The translations under genes were made by a program, and so were the position numbers. DNA of 64,000 nucleotides. Source: Candidatus Hydrogenedentota bacterium. Its GTDB lineage: Bacteria > Hydrogenedentota > Hydrogenedentia > Hydrogenedentales > SLHB01. Of this stretch, positions 28,066 to 38,269 are shown in pieces; within the stretch, counting starts at the first letter, position 1, and every line of letters starts with the position of its first letter. The notes beneath the pieces are model-generated. The model was not told where the DNA came from. It worked only from the letters and a program-made list of their open reading frames with translations, and made no database searches. The stretch lies in the NCBI GenBank assembly GCA_963668025.2, contig CAXXTH010000006.1, forward strand, positions 32,001 to 96,000. Reading direction: 5' to 3'.

Positions 28066-29373
28066 ATGCACAAGCTCATGGTGCAATGGCTTTATGGCCA
28101 GTTGCCGGAATTGGTTCGCGGCGGGGTGCTCGATGAAGCGGCGGCGAGCCGCATTCGGGCACATTACGGGGACGTCTTTGGGCGGGCCAGCAAACCGGGC
28201 GCGTGGTTGCTGGCGGTGTTCGGCGTGATCGGAGGCGCGCTGATCGCCCTCGGAATTATCCTTCTGTTCGCGCATAACTGGGATGAGCTGTCCCGGCCCG
28301 TCCGCGCGGTGGTTTCCTTCCTGCCATTGCTGGCGGGGCAAGCCCTCACCGCATGGACATTGGCCCGGCGCAAGGATTCGCTCGCGTTTCGTGAAGGTGC
28401 GGGGACGTTTTTAACGCTCGCCATCGGCGCATGCATCGCCCTCATCGCGCAAACCTACCAAATCCCTGGAAACCTGGCCAATTTCCTGTTCACCTGGACG
28501 ATTCTGGCCTTGCCCATCGCGTATTTATTACAGGCAACCGTCCCGGCGATGCTGTATATGGCGGGCATTACAGCATGGGCCATCACGGAGCGGGTGGACC
28601 GGGGAAATGTCCATTTTTACTGGCTTTTATTGGTTCTGATACTACCCTATTTGTGGAGCGCTTTCCGCCATCGCCCCCAATCTCCTAGCAGCGTCTGGCT
28701 GGCATGGGGTGCAAGCATATGTGCATGCATCGTGATTCCTCCCCTGATGATAGTAAACGGCCTGCCAGGAATGGGGCTGCTGGCGTATTCGGCCATGCTG
28801 GGCGCTTTCTTCTTGAGCGGCGCCACGCTCGATCAAGACGCCGCCCGCTGGAAGCTGCCCTTTGCCGTCGTGGGCGTGGTGGGCACAGTCATTGTCATGC
28901 TGGTAATGACGTACACGAATGCTTGGGAGGAGATATGGTGCATATCTGATGGAGATTTATGGGATGTTTGGCCGAATATCGTGCTCGTCGTGGCGCTATA
29001 CATCTGTGTGGTGTTATTGTTGATTCGCCATTTCGTTGATATGTCCTTCGCTGTTCGGGCGTTCGGGGCATGCGCACCGTTGGCACTGGCAGGCTATTTA
29101 GTGGCGTTGGCATCGCATACTTCCGAGTTCTCCGCGTATACATTCAATGCATACATGCTGGCGCTGGCCATTGGGCTAATGGTACAAGGAGCACGCACGG
29201 ACCGGCTGGCGGTGCTGAATGGCGGCATGGGCATATTCGCCCTCTGGATTACGGCAAGGTTTTTCGATGCGGACCTAAGCTTTTTATGGCGCGGAATCCT
29301 GTTCATTGTTCTTGGTGCGGCCTTTTTGGCGGCGAATATGGTGATATTGTCGCGGCGCAGGAGGGCGTCCTGA
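28066..29373 (+). CDS. DUF2157-like polytopic membrane protein
   Basis: GALIALGIILLFAHNW; IALIAQTYQI; many TM helices. Confidence 0.85.
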   Translation: MHKLMVQWLYGQLPELVRGGVLDEAAASRIRAHYGDVFGRASKPGAWLLAVFGVIGGALIALGIILLFAHNWDELSRPVRAVVSFLPLLAGQALTAWTLARRKDSLAFREGAGTFLTLAIGACIALIAQTYQIPGNLANFLFTWTILALPIAYLLQATVPAMLYMAGITAWAITERVDRGNVHFYWLLLVLILPYLWSAFRHRPQSPSSVWLAWGASICACIVIPPLMIVNGLPGMGLLAYSAMLGAFFLSGATLDQDAARWKLPFAVVGVVGTVIVMLVMTYTNAWEEIWCISDGDLWDVWPNIVLVVALYICVVLLLIRHFVDMSFAVRAFGACAPLALAGYLVALASHTSEFSAYTFNAYMLALAIGLMVQGARTDRLAVLNGGMGIFALWITARFFDADLSFLWRGILFIVLGAAFLAANMVILSRRRRAS

Positions 29374-29942
29374 TGCAGAAGATCATTATTTGGAGCGCAT
29401 TCGGCCTTATGGCGGCAGCCCAGCTTTTCGTGCCCGCGAGCATGATCGCAGGGCATGAAATTGTTCTGCAGAATGGAACGCTTTACCGTTTTAAGACTGC
29501 GCCAGTAGATCCCTATGATGCTTTTCGAGGGCGTTTTGTGAGCGTGCGCCTGGAAGGCTTGAGGGAGGTTGAAGCCAAAGATACCGCTTTCGAGCCCGGC
29601 GAAAAAGCTTGTGCGTATATTGGCGTCGACGAAGCTGGTTTTGGCTATATCACGCACGCGACTAAGCGTCCGGAAGAGCCAGGAGATTACCTATATGTAG
29701 AGATCATCCACACTTACGAGGGCAAGCTCGTCTTCAAAGACGTTATTGACCGGTATTACATGCCGGAGGATTTGGCCCCGGAAGCCGAGCGGGCATATCG
29801 GGAACACTCGCGCAACGGGGATGTCGAAAGACGGGACGCGTTTGTAACAGTGCGAGTGCGATCTGGCAAGGCGGTACTTGAAGACCTCTATGTGGCGGGA
29901 AAGCCTATCCGGGAATTTTTGAATACCCATCCCCCCAACTAA
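29373..29942 (+). CDS. GDYXXLXY-like membrane-anchored protein
   Basis: TAPVDPYDAFRGRFV; RYYMPEDLAPEAE; translationally coupled (TGATG) to the DUF2157-like gene. Confidence 0.8.
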   Translation: MQKIIIWSAFGLMAAAQLFVPASMIAGHEIVLQNGTLYRFKTAPVDPYDAFRGRFVSVRLEGLREVEAKDTAFEPGEKACAYIGVDEAGFGYITHATKRPEEPGDYLYVEIIHTYEGKLVFKDVIDRYYMPEDLAPEAERAYREHSRNGDVERRDAFVTVRVRSGKAVLEDLYVAGKPIREFLNTHPPN

Positions 29943-29976
29943 AGGCCTAAATAAGGAATCCTGTATTTTCTAGTGC

Positions 29977-32796
29977 TTATACAGGCAGCCGCCGTCTTTG
30001 CCTGGCGGCTCCTGTTACAATAATCACAAGCGACAATACCAAGACCGGCAGCGGCGCGGTATTGGTATTGGGTACGAGGGGATCTGTTCCCGCATCGACT
30101 TCTTCACCATCGCTCACGCCGTCGCCATCCGTGTCCGCGTCGGTTGGATTCGTTCCCCGCGATGCCTCTTCGTCATCGGATAGGCCGTCATTATCGGAAT
30201 CGGTGTCGATGAAAGAGGGGTACCCATCGCCATCGGGATCGTCCACACCTTCGAGCATATCGCCTAAGCCATCGTCGTCCTGATCCGCGCCTGTTTGGGG
30301 TGCGGCGATGAAGTCCACCGCAATATTTCCCGCCGCGTTGGTGGGGTCGAGGCGGAGCGCGGTGATCTCGTGTCCGGTCCATTCCGCATGGTCTGATAGA
30401 TCGAGTGTGTAGAGGTGGAAGGCCCCGTCCGCGGAGATAGGGAATTTACGGGAGCGGGATTCCGCGAATCCCGCCGCATCGGGCCGCGCCCAGAAGAGCT
30501 GCGCTTCAGAACCGGCGTCCGCGCGCATGCGTACGCAGATTTTCTGTGTCACATCGCCCAAGAGAAACATGCTGGGACGTGACAGGTAGGGATCTTCTCC
30601 TGTGGCGCGCAACTGAAGAAAACCACCAGCTACAGTCATGTTTATTACTTGATTCAAGGCTTTCCAGCCTTCTTGATCGCCTATGGTGTCGAACAGGAAA
30701 TGCACCTGTGTCGCGGCGGGCAATGCTTCCTTCCAGGCGCTCAGGCCGATGATGGGCAGCGCGAACGCGGCTTCGCTCTCGAAGTCCGGTGTGCCCGCCG
30801 CCTGGAACACGCGCCAGCTCCGCTTTTTGGCGAGAGGCTGGGCGGGGAAGGATGCGCTGGTGTTGCGCGTCCAGAGGCCCAGTAGAAGGCCGCCCTCCAG
30901 ACCATGGTCCACATGCCGGTGAAGGATGAAGGCGTCAATCCCCGGGGTGTGGCTCAGCTTCCACCACGCGCAGGCATATGCCGCCGCTTGGATATCTTGT
31001 CCATCCGTGGTGGAGGGGGTGTGAAAACCTTGCTCCGATAAGATGATTCGGTGCGGTTCGCCATTCACGAGCATGCCGGGCTGCCGCATGTAGACGGGCA
31101 GGATCTCGATATTCTTGAAAGTGATGCGTTTCGTGTTGAAGGTGAATGTGGCGGTGTTGTCCTTCCAAAATCTTGGCTCGAATAGATTCTGCGGATACGG
31201 ATGGTAGGCGATATTCCAGGGAAAGTCTCCCTGCGCTTTGCTGTTGGTGTTCATCAAATTCATGACATCGCGGCCTTTGCCGGAATGAGTTGTGCTGCCC
31301 GCCTGCCCGGTCCAGTAATGAGTCATGCTGATCAGTGCGCGGGCGTCGCGGTGGAATTTACGAACAGCCAAATCCGCGATACGCACCTGCCGGGTGTAGT
31401 CGGCCATGAAGTCCGCAATGGAGATCGCGCCCATGTTGTGCCAATCCCAGTGGGCGTCCACTTCATTGCCCACGATGAAGTTTGATGCCCAGCCGCAGGC
31501 GCGGCCCGGATCGGAATAGCGGAAAGCCAAAAACTCGACGGCGGCGCGGTAATAGCGGTAGCCGTCCTGGTCTGTTACATTAAAAGCGCCCAGATGGTTG
31601 GGGGCATTCGCCAGGTCGGTAAGGGGGTGGATCAGCGGGTGGCCATTGTCGCTCGTGGGAATGGAGTTTAGCATGATGAGCGTAACATCGCACCCGGCGT
31701 CTGTCAGTTGCTTGACTTGGCTGTCAAGCCCGGCGACATAATTAATATTAATGGGTATGGCCTGGCCGTCCACATCCCAGGTTGCGGAAGGGCTGGCATT
31801 GCCCCAATCCACCACGCTGCTCAACACGACATTAAGCCCGGCATGGCGCACCCCTAGTTCGATGGCGTCGTCCGCCATTTGAACTTGCAAGCCTTTGATG
31901 GTGTCCGGCTTCAAAAAAGAGAAATTACGATCATCGGTGAAACTCCAATGCCGGGCGGCAGCGGAGGGCTCGTGGCCATCATAAGCGGCGTTATCCGTGA
32001 TGGCTATCCAGTCGATGTCCACCACGGCGTTGAGAAATTCCGTCTTTAATGCGTGTTGGTTTTCCGCCAGATCGAAGCGCATTGTGGCCATCCCGGCGGG
32101 CGGGGAAGCGGCGCGCATGTCATAAGCCACTACTTGCCAGTCAGGCCCAGCTTGCAGGATAAACGAAGCGCTTACAAAACCGCCGGAGGCTGGAAACAGA
32201 TAGACGCCGAAGTTCATGGAATCGAGGTCCGGATTGGTATAGCGGATGCGCATCACCAGCCAGGGCGTAGTGGCAGGATCGAAGGAGAAGGAATGTGCGA
32301 AGTAGGGATCGAAGGCTGCCGCGCCGGGATCGGTGAAGGTGATATGCATGGCACCATCTTGCGCGGCCAGCACGCCGCCCGCGCCGCCCAGTGTCCACCC
32401 TTGGACGCTATTGCTTAATCGGCTTAGGCCGTCCAGATTGGTAACGAATTGTGGCAGGCCGATCTCAGCGCCGTCGGAAGCATTGATAAGCTGAAAAGCC
32501 CGGTACAGGCGGTCCACGTTCCCATCGAAGCGGGGGAAGCTGAGTATGCCGGTTCCCGAACCTTCATATAAAGCCTGTGCATCCGAGGCGGCGCATGTTT
32601 GCCAGGAGTCCAACTCCGCGATGCGGATGGTGTCCGCGCTGGGATTACTTATGGTGATGTCAATTGCCGCGTCGCGGGCGCTCACCCGTGTGATGGCTGG
32701 GCCAGCGGCGGAGGTCATAGCAGGCATAATGGCAAGGGACAGATATATGAGGAAGCGCATATGCGGTCTTTGAGCGGATGTTGTCTGAATTGCCAT
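29977..32796 (-). CDS. Surface-anchored DUF5722-like glycoside hydrolase with CBM-like domains, TSP3-like Asp repeats and a C-terminal TM/basic tail
   Basis: KGLQVQM.DDA..LGV.HA; IVGNEVD; IAYHPYP; IILSEQGF; DSDNDGLSD/DTDGDGVSD repeats; LPVLVLSLVIIVTGAARQRRR. Confidence 0.75.
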   Translation of the reverse strand: MAIQTTSAQRPHMRFLIYLSLAIMPAMTSAAGPAITRVSARDAAIDITISNPSADTIRIAELDSWQTCAASDAQALYEGSGTGILSFPRFDGNVDRLYRAFQLINASDGAEIGLPQFVTNLDGLSRLSNSVQGWTLGGAGGVLAAQDGAMHITFTDPGAAAFDPYFAHSFSFDPATTPWLVMRIRYTNPDLDSMNFGVYLFPASGGFVSASFILQAGPDWQVVAYDMRAASPPAGMATMRFDLAENQHALKTEFLNAVVDIDWIAITDNAAYDGHEPSAAARHWSFTDDRNFSFLKPDTIKGLQVQMADDAIELGVRHAGLNVVLSSVVDWGNASPSATWDVDGQAIPININYVAGLDSQVKQLTDAGCDVTLIMLNSIPTSDNGHPLIHPLTDLANAPNHLGAFNVTDQDGYRYYRAAVEFLAFRYSDPGRACGWASNFIVGNEVDAHWDWHNMGAISIADFMADYTRQVRIADLAVRKFHRDARALISMTHYWTGQAGSTTHSGKGRDVMNLMNTNSKAQGDFPWNIAYHPYPQNLFEPRFWKDNTATFTFNTKRITFKNIEILPVYMRQPGMLVNGEPHRIILSEQGFHTPSTTDGQDIQAAAYACAWWKLSHTPGIDAFILHRHVDHGLEGGLLLGLWTRNTSASFPAQPLAKKRSWRVFQAAGTPDFESEAAFALPIIGLSAWKEALPAATQVHFLFDTIGDQEGWKALNQVINMTVAGGFLQLRATGEDPYLSRPSMFLLGDVTQKICVRMRADAGSEAQLFWARPDAAGFAESRSRKFPISADGAFHLYTLDLSDHAEWTGHEITALRLDPTNAAGNIAVDFIAAPQTGADQDDDGLGDMLEGVDDPDGDGYPSFIDTDSDNDGLSDDEEASRGTNPTDADTDGDGVSDGEEVDAGTDPLVPNTNTAPLPVLVLSLVIIVTGAARQRRRLPV

Positions 32797-32917
32797 GCCT
32801 CATGATATCACCGGAATTTACATGATGTCGACCGAGTAGAGATTCCTAAAATGCGCCCCGTTTGAATCTACATCGCCATAAAACCGAAAACGGGTATTTA
32901 AACGAAATCCGCACCCC

Positions 32918-33003
32918 AAAAGCGGCAGCAAGCTGCCGCACTCCAAGTAGTTTCACAAAAAAGTTAGAGCACATATGGAGTGCGGTAGCTTGCTACCGCT
33001 TTT
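32918..33003. repeat. Inverted pair of REP-like palindromes
   Basis: AAAAGCGGCAGCAAGCTGCCGCACTCCA (32918-32945) and TGGAGTGCGGTAGCTTGCTACCGCTTTT (32976-33003). Confidence 0.75.
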
Positions 33004-33168
33004 ATGTCCTCTTTGGTGTATTTCACTGGCATTGACTTGTTTTGGCTTGCCTGCTCCATTATTAAAAATCCCCGAAAGCGGGGATGACAGATAGGTGGTT
33101 GTGCGTTATTTCTTCAGTATGTACGCATGATACATTCTTCCAGGAGCGGTAATAGCAGAACCGCGCCC

Positions 33169-34218
33169 TTATTTACTGAACAAGCGAGTAAACAACCGGC
33201 TCTTGCCTGTTTCCACCCAAATGTCATCAACAGGAGCTTCATATTCTCCCTGTTTGAGATGAATGAGAAGCGCCTGGTTCATTTGAGTGGATAAGGAAGC
33301 CTTTGGCGCTTTTAAGACGAGTTCCAATGAAATACTGGACCATTTGCTGGCTAGTTTATGATCGGGCAGGACACTGAGGTGTGTGGAAACACTCTGTCCC
33401 GTCTTACACTTGTAGCGCTCGGGCGATGGCGTATTTTCGAAATGGACCGTAAACAGCACTTCTTCTTCCGATATCGTGGCGGTTACGGGGTACATCCGTT
33501 CATTCAGCTCCACGCAGGCGTCATTGGGAAGCGCGCCCAGGATGGCGAGTTCTTCTGGAGTAAACTTGGCTTTAGCCAGAGAGAATTCCGCCGAAATTCT
33601 CATGTCGTTGATCGTAACATCAAATTGACTAGAAGACCACGACAGGAGCAGCACTCTCGAAGTGCCGCCCGTGTTGATGGTGGGCATACGGTCGGGCGCT
33701 AATTTAGTCTCTAGCAGCACCGCGTTATCGGTGGCTACGCGCGCCACTGCTTCACCAGGGGGTATCGCCGAGCCTGGAGCCGTGTGGGTAAGCCCCACCA
33801 CCCAGCCCGCTTGGCCTGCTTTCACTTCTTCGACGGCGGCTTCTTGCGGCGCAAGCGCCAGCATGGCTCGATAGCGTTCCGCGCCCGCCGCGTCCTGTTG
33901 CGCCTCGGCGCGCTCGATCTGTTTGCGCAGGTCGGCGGCCAGTTCGTAATTTGCGACATCGGCAGGATTGGTGATGACACGGGCCAGCATCGCGCCCGCT
34001 TCGACGCGTTCTCCCGGCTGGACGCAGCGTTCCACGAGCACGATTCTGTTCGAGAAGGCGCAGGTTTCCACATCGGGCTTTAAAACGCCGCTGGACTTCG
34101 CCGACAATGAGCTTTGTATGAACCAAGTAGACGCCGCACCCGCCAGTACTAATAGCCCGAAGATATACCCAATAGCCGTGACGATGCGGGGAGATTGATT
34201 ATAGAGCCACTCTTTCAG
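33169..34218 (-). CDS. HlyD/biotinyl-lipoyl-fold membrane-fusion-like protein, probable CTG start
   Basis: Frame is open upstream of the track start and adds a TM helix; AAGGAGG sits 6 nt before CTG; VQPGERVEAGAML and VKAGQAGWV..IPPGEAV lipoyl half-motifs. Confidence 0.6.
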   Translation of the reverse strand: MKEWLYNQSPRIVTAIGYIFGLLVLAGAASTWFIQSSLSAKSSGVLKPDVETCAFSNRIVLVERCVQPGERVEAGAMLARVITNPADVANYELAADLRKQIERAEAQQDAAGAERYRAMLALAPQEAAVEEVKAGQAGWVVGLTHTAPGSAIPPGEAVARVATDNAVLLETKLAPDRMPTINTGGTSRVLLLSWSSSQFDVTINDMRISAEFSLAKAKFTPEELAILGALPNDACVELNERMYPVTATISEEEVLFTVHFENTPSPERYKCKTGQSVSTHLSVLPDHKLASKWSSISLELVLKAPKASLSTQMNQALLIHLKQGEYEAPVDDIWVETGKSRLFTRLFSK

Positions 34219-34254
34219 GATAGGCCTCCTTGGAGCGAAACGCTCGCATGTATG

Positions 34255-35022
34255 CTAGACCAGAACAACCTCGGTTCCTGCCTGGATGATTTCATCACAC
34301 AGTTCTTTATCCAGGTGCTTGTCAGAGATAATCATATCTACTTCATTAATGGGGCATATGCTCGCGAAGCCGCGGTGCCCGCCCTTGCTGCTGTCGCTGA
34401 CGACAACTTTTTTCTCCGCGATGCTCATGGCGGCTTGTACGACTTCCGCCAATTCGTGGTCCGTCGTGCTCAGGCCGTGGACCGGGTGGAATCCGTCCAC
34501 GGAAAGAAACGCGATATCCACGGAGAACTGGTTGATGGCCGCTATGAGTGTCGGGCCTACCAAGTCACGGCTGGAAGGCCGGTAACGTCCCCCGAGCAGA
34601 AACAAGGTCATGCCGCGCCGCCCGCTCAACACTTCGGCGATGGCCAGGCCGTTTGTCACCACCGTGATGCCCATGCCCTCTGGCAAGCGCTGCGCGATTT
34701 GCAGCGCTGTCGTGCCTGAATCCAGCAAGAGCGCCTGGCCGGGCTTCACCAAACTCACGGCAAAAGAGGCGATAGCGGATTTACGGCCGATGTTGCGGTG
34801 CAATCGTTCGTTGTAATCGAATTCCTGCTGGGTCGATGACGCCACAATCGCGCCGCCATACACCTTTTTTGCCTGGCCCTTGCGTTCGAGCTTGAGGAGA
34901 TCCCGGCGCACGCTGGATTCCGAGATGCCGAACTTTTCGGCCAGTTCGGTGACGGTTACTTTCTTTCTTTCTTTAAGAATTTGAGCGATGGTGTCTTGCC
35001 GTTCGAGGTCTGAGAGTCCCAT
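34255..35022 (-). CDS. DeoR/GlpR family transcriptional regulator
   Basis: VTELAEKFGISESSVRRDL; YGGA; LDSGTT; VVTN; DSSK. Confidence 0.95.
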   Translation of the reverse strand: MGLSDLERQDTIAQILKERKKVTVTELAEKFGISESSVRRDLLKLERKGQAKKVYGGAIVASSTQQEFDYNERLHRNIGRKSAIASFAVSLVKPGQALLLDSGTTALQIAQRLPEGMGITVVTNGLAIAEVLSGRRGMTLFLLGGRYRPSSRDLVGPTLIAAINQFSVDIAFLSVDGFHPVHGLSTTDHELAEVVQAAMSIAEKKVVVSDSSKGGHRGFASICPINEVDMIISDKHLDKELCDEIIQAGTEVVLV

Positions 35023-35181
35023 AATACATGTCCTTGTTTGTCTTTTGGTGATTGCGCCGCTCTTGGGGAATTCCGTTCGCTAGTGAGCAGACGCCTCGAG
35101 ATTGGCTCCTCCCGTTCCTAGTTCATGCCGCATTGTTGCACAGAATTTGCGCAGTGTGCAAGAACGCGCGCATTCTCCCGT

Positions 35182-36591
35182 TTATTGCTTGCCAGGTTCC
35201 GATACCCGCCAAATAATAGAATCCGATACCACACGCCGGACAGCCTCTAATGAAGAAAGCTGGCCGCCGCCCCAAATCTGCACGAGCACATTTCCCATGG
35301 CGGTGGCTTCCGTGAGGCCCGTGAACACGGGAACTTGTGCGAAGCCGGCCAGCAATTCAACAAACAGCGCGCACTTCGCGCCGCCTCCAACAAGGAACAC
35401 GCGTTCCAGCTTGCGGTCCAGCATGTCCGCCATGGCATGAACCGCTTGGGCGGTGGCTTCCGCAAGGCTTTCATAGATGCACCGGGCCATGGCGGCATGG
35501 CTTTCCGGCATGGCCGCGCCTTGAATCGCGAACGTGCGCGCAAGGGCTTGGCGGAAGGTTTCATCGGGGCCAATGGCCAATGCGCTGGGCGTAAACCGAG
35601 TGGGGGAGGAGGGCTCGAGCCGCGCCCGTTCCGCCAGCTCCGCCGCAGGCGGAGCCCCTTCTTCGCGTATATATCGTTCGAGGAAATAGAGGCCCATCAT
35701 GCCGTTCATGACTGCCCAGCGGCCGCCGGGTATTCGGATGGAGCCTGCTCCTGCTTGCACGGTTTTTTCCGTGACACATGGCGCGCCGGTTTCCGCGCCA
35801 TACATAAGCCAAGTGCCTGCGCTTACCGCCATATCACCCATCGAGGATAAGGGGATGGCCGTGAGCGCGGAAGCCGTGTCATGCTCCGCCGCCAGGCGCA
35901 CTTCCCATGGGGGGCTGCCGGTGACGGGCGGGCGGTATAGGCCCAGCAGTTCGCCGCAAGGCCGTATGGGTGGAAACAAATGGGCGGGCAGGTTGAAGCA
36001 TTCCATCAATTCTTGATCCCACCCGGAACCGCCATCATATAGCTGCGTGAGCGACGCCATGCATGGTTCCGTGGCCTCCGCGCCGCAGAGTATGTTGTTT
36101 GCAAGGCCAGGCATGAAGAGCAGCCGCTTTGCTTCATGCAGCAGTTCAGGGCGCTCGAGGGCCGTGGCCAGGACTTGGTGCAGGGCGGAGAACGGAACGC
36201 TGAATCCCGCCGTGCGCTGTTGCAGGCGCATGGGGCTCCACTGCTGCGCCGCCACTTGGGCGGCAATAACGGTTGTGCGTTGATCTTGGTAGGCGTACGG
36301 CCATTCCAGTAACGCACCGGAAGGGGAGATGAATCCGTGGTCGTGTCCCCAGGAGTTGCATGCGACACCGCGAATGGGAGCGCCTGTGCGTGCGGCTATC
36401 TCAAGCCCCTGCTGGATTTCGCTGGCGATATGGGGCCAATCCCAGTACAAGCCGTGCTCCCGCTGCACCGGCGCATTCGGGAAGCGGTGGATTTCCTCCA
36501 TGCGGATGCGTGCGCCGTCGTAATGGCCCAGCATGACGCGCCCGCTGGTAGCGCCCAAATCAATGGCGGCATACGATTCGTGGTCCTGCAC
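35182..36591 (-). CDS. Rhamnulokinase-like FGGY sugar kinase
   Basis: AIDLGATSGRV; EIHRFPN; HDTASA; SAGTW; VGGGAK; EATAMGN; GTG start after GAGGAGG. Confidence 0.88.
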   Translation of the reverse strand: MQDHESYAAIDLGATSGRVMLGHYDGARIRMEEIHRFPNAPVQREHGLYWDWPHIASEIQQGLEIAARTGAPIRGVACNSWGHDHGFISPSGALLEWPYAYQDQRTTVIAAQVAAQQWSPMRLQQRTAGFSVPFSALHQVLATALERPELLHEAKRLLFMPGLANNILCGAEATEPCMASLTQLYDGGSGWDQELMECFNLPAHLFPPIRPCGELLGLYRPPVTGSPPWEVRLAAEHDTASALTAIPLSSMGDMAVSAGTWLMYGAETGAPCVTEKTVQAGAGSIRIPGGRWAVMNGMMGLYFLERYIREEGAPPAAELAERARLEPSSPTRFTPSALAIGPDETFRQALARTFAIQGAAMPESHAAMARCIYESLAEATAQAVHAMADMLDRKLERVFLVGGGAKCALFVELLAGFAQVPVFTGLTEATAMGNVLVQIWGGGQLSSLEAVRRVVSDSIIWRVSEPGKQ

Positions 36592-36602
36592 CGGGGGCCT
36601 CC

Positions 36603-38030
36603 TCAATCCACGCCGGTCTGTATGGCGCTTGCCTGGCATCCGCATAATGCGCCGAAAGCCTCGAATCGCCGCGCGGCGCGGCTTGGGGTGATGCACAGAT
36701 GATGCGGACCGCCCAGCAGGGCGTATTCGTTCATCACCTGGCGCACATCGCGCCCAAACCGGATTTTATAATTGGGCCGTTCCCACGTGTTCACTAGGAG
36801 TGGGAAACCGGTGATCTCCGTGTTCATGTGAATGATATGGAATTGGCCGCTGCCGGTAAGCGTCAGCGCGCCGAGCGTGGCGGGCCCTGGCTCCAAAGTA
36901 AACAACAATGAGCAGAACGGCGCGCATGGGGCAAGGCTGAACACTTGCGCATGCACGAGAGGCTTGGCCTCTTTCCGCGCCAGCCGCCAGTTCAGCTCCG
37001 CCATATGGGTGTTGAGTACGGTGTTGTCGGTGAAGTCCATCGTATATAGTTCTGTAAACGACACCGGCTCCGCCAGGCAGTGGGCCATTGCCGTCCAAGC
37101 GGTCACCAGCAGATCGCCCTCGCCGCCATACGCCAGCCCATCTCCCATGAGCTTGGTAATGCCCAGGAATGGTATCGTCTCGATGCCCGGCGTGCGTGCG
37201 ATGTGGTCGAAACTGAACGTGAGGCCGGATAGCTCATGACGCGCCACCAGTTTTCGAAGCGCGATTTCCAGCCTAAGCGAACGCTCATGATCTTCCTGCT
37301 TGAGGCTCGATGGAAGTGTGAAATGCTCCGCGTCGAAACGGTGCGCTTCCGCGATTTCCTCGGGCAAAACATCAGCGGCCAGTTCCGCCAATTCCTCGCA
37401 GGGCAACGCGAAGGCCTCCAGCCCGAAAGCTTCATTCAGCCGCTCCGGCTCCACCAAGCCGTCGCCCATGCCCCATTGCGGCGGCGTGATCCAGGCAATG
37501 CGCCGCCCCCGGACTTGGGCGCGGGCCCGGCAGGCCACGAGATAGTCCATCAATTCCGCCCGCGTTTCGGCGTCCGCCAAGCGGCCCGTCACGATAAAAA
37601 ACGAGCGGTTCTCGCGCACCAAAACCGCCGTGATGTCTTGCACGCCTTGCATGCCGTGGTTATAGAGCAGGTCATCGAAACGGAAAGCCGTGGTCACGGC
37701 TTCTGCACCCTGGGTGTTCAGGATCACCAGCGGCAAAGGCGTGCCGCATAAGGCGGGCGTGATGGACAGGCTATTCGTGTATCCAGCGCTGATTAGCACC
37801 AGCGCATCGACGTGGAGGTCTTCGGCATGCCGCAGAAAAGCTTGGGCCTGCTCCACCGTGCAGGTGATATCGATAGCGGCCACATCAGCCGCGCCTCCCA
37901 ATTCGGCGAGCTGTTCTTCAATGAAGGCGCGCATGATCCCCTCGTAATTGGGATAGGCGTCCGCATACAAGGCCAGATGCGTTCCCAGTACGGCGATACG
38001 TGGGGGGCGGTTCTCTAAATGGGCCAGCAT
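36603..38030 (-). CDS. L-arabinose/L-fucose isomerase family protein
   Basis: NHGMQG; YGGEGD; FTELY; HMAE; GGPHH. Confidence 0.8.
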   Translation of the reverse strand: MLAHLENRPPRIAVLGTHLALYADAYPNYEGIMRAFIEEQLAELGGAADVAAIDITCTVEQAQAFLRHAEDLHVDALVLISAGYTNSLSITPALCGTPLPLVILNTQGAEAVTTAFRFDDLLYNHGMQGVQDITAVLVRENRSFFIVTGRLADAETRAELMDYLVACRARAQVRGRRIAWITPPQWGMGDGLVEPERLNEAFGLEAFALPCEELAELAADVLPEEIAEAHRFDAEHFTLPSSLKQEDHERSLRLEIALRKLVARHELSGLTFSFDHIARTPGIETIPFLGITKLMGDGLAYGGEGDLLVTAWTAMAHCLAEPVSFTELYTMDFTDNTVLNTHMAELNWRLARKEAKPLVHAQVFSLAPCAPFCSLLFTLEPGPATLGALTLTGSGQFHIIHMNTEITGFPLLVNTWERPNYKIRFGRDVRQVMNEYALLGGPHHLCITPSRAARRFEAFGALCGCQASAIQTGVD

Positions 38031-38094
38031 GAAGTATTGCTCCTCTTGTGCTACTCAAAGAGTTAAGTTATCGTATATGTTTTTCATGTGCCAT

Positions 38095-38223
38095 TGTAGG
38101 GGCGCGTTGCACGCGCCTTCTCCTTTCTCGCATGGGCGAGACGCCCATGCTACGGGAGTCGCAAAAACATGTTAGCGGATATATTTGCGTTCATTCGCGT
38201 TCATTCGCGGTAAAAAAACGAAA
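38095..38223. repeat. Composite dispersed REP/MITE-like repeat (copy 2)
   Basis: Near-identical to 7043-7170. Confidence 0.8.
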
Positions 38224-38269
38224 CACTTTGGTTGCGGCTACGCTGCTCCGTGCATTCCAGCACCGTGGC

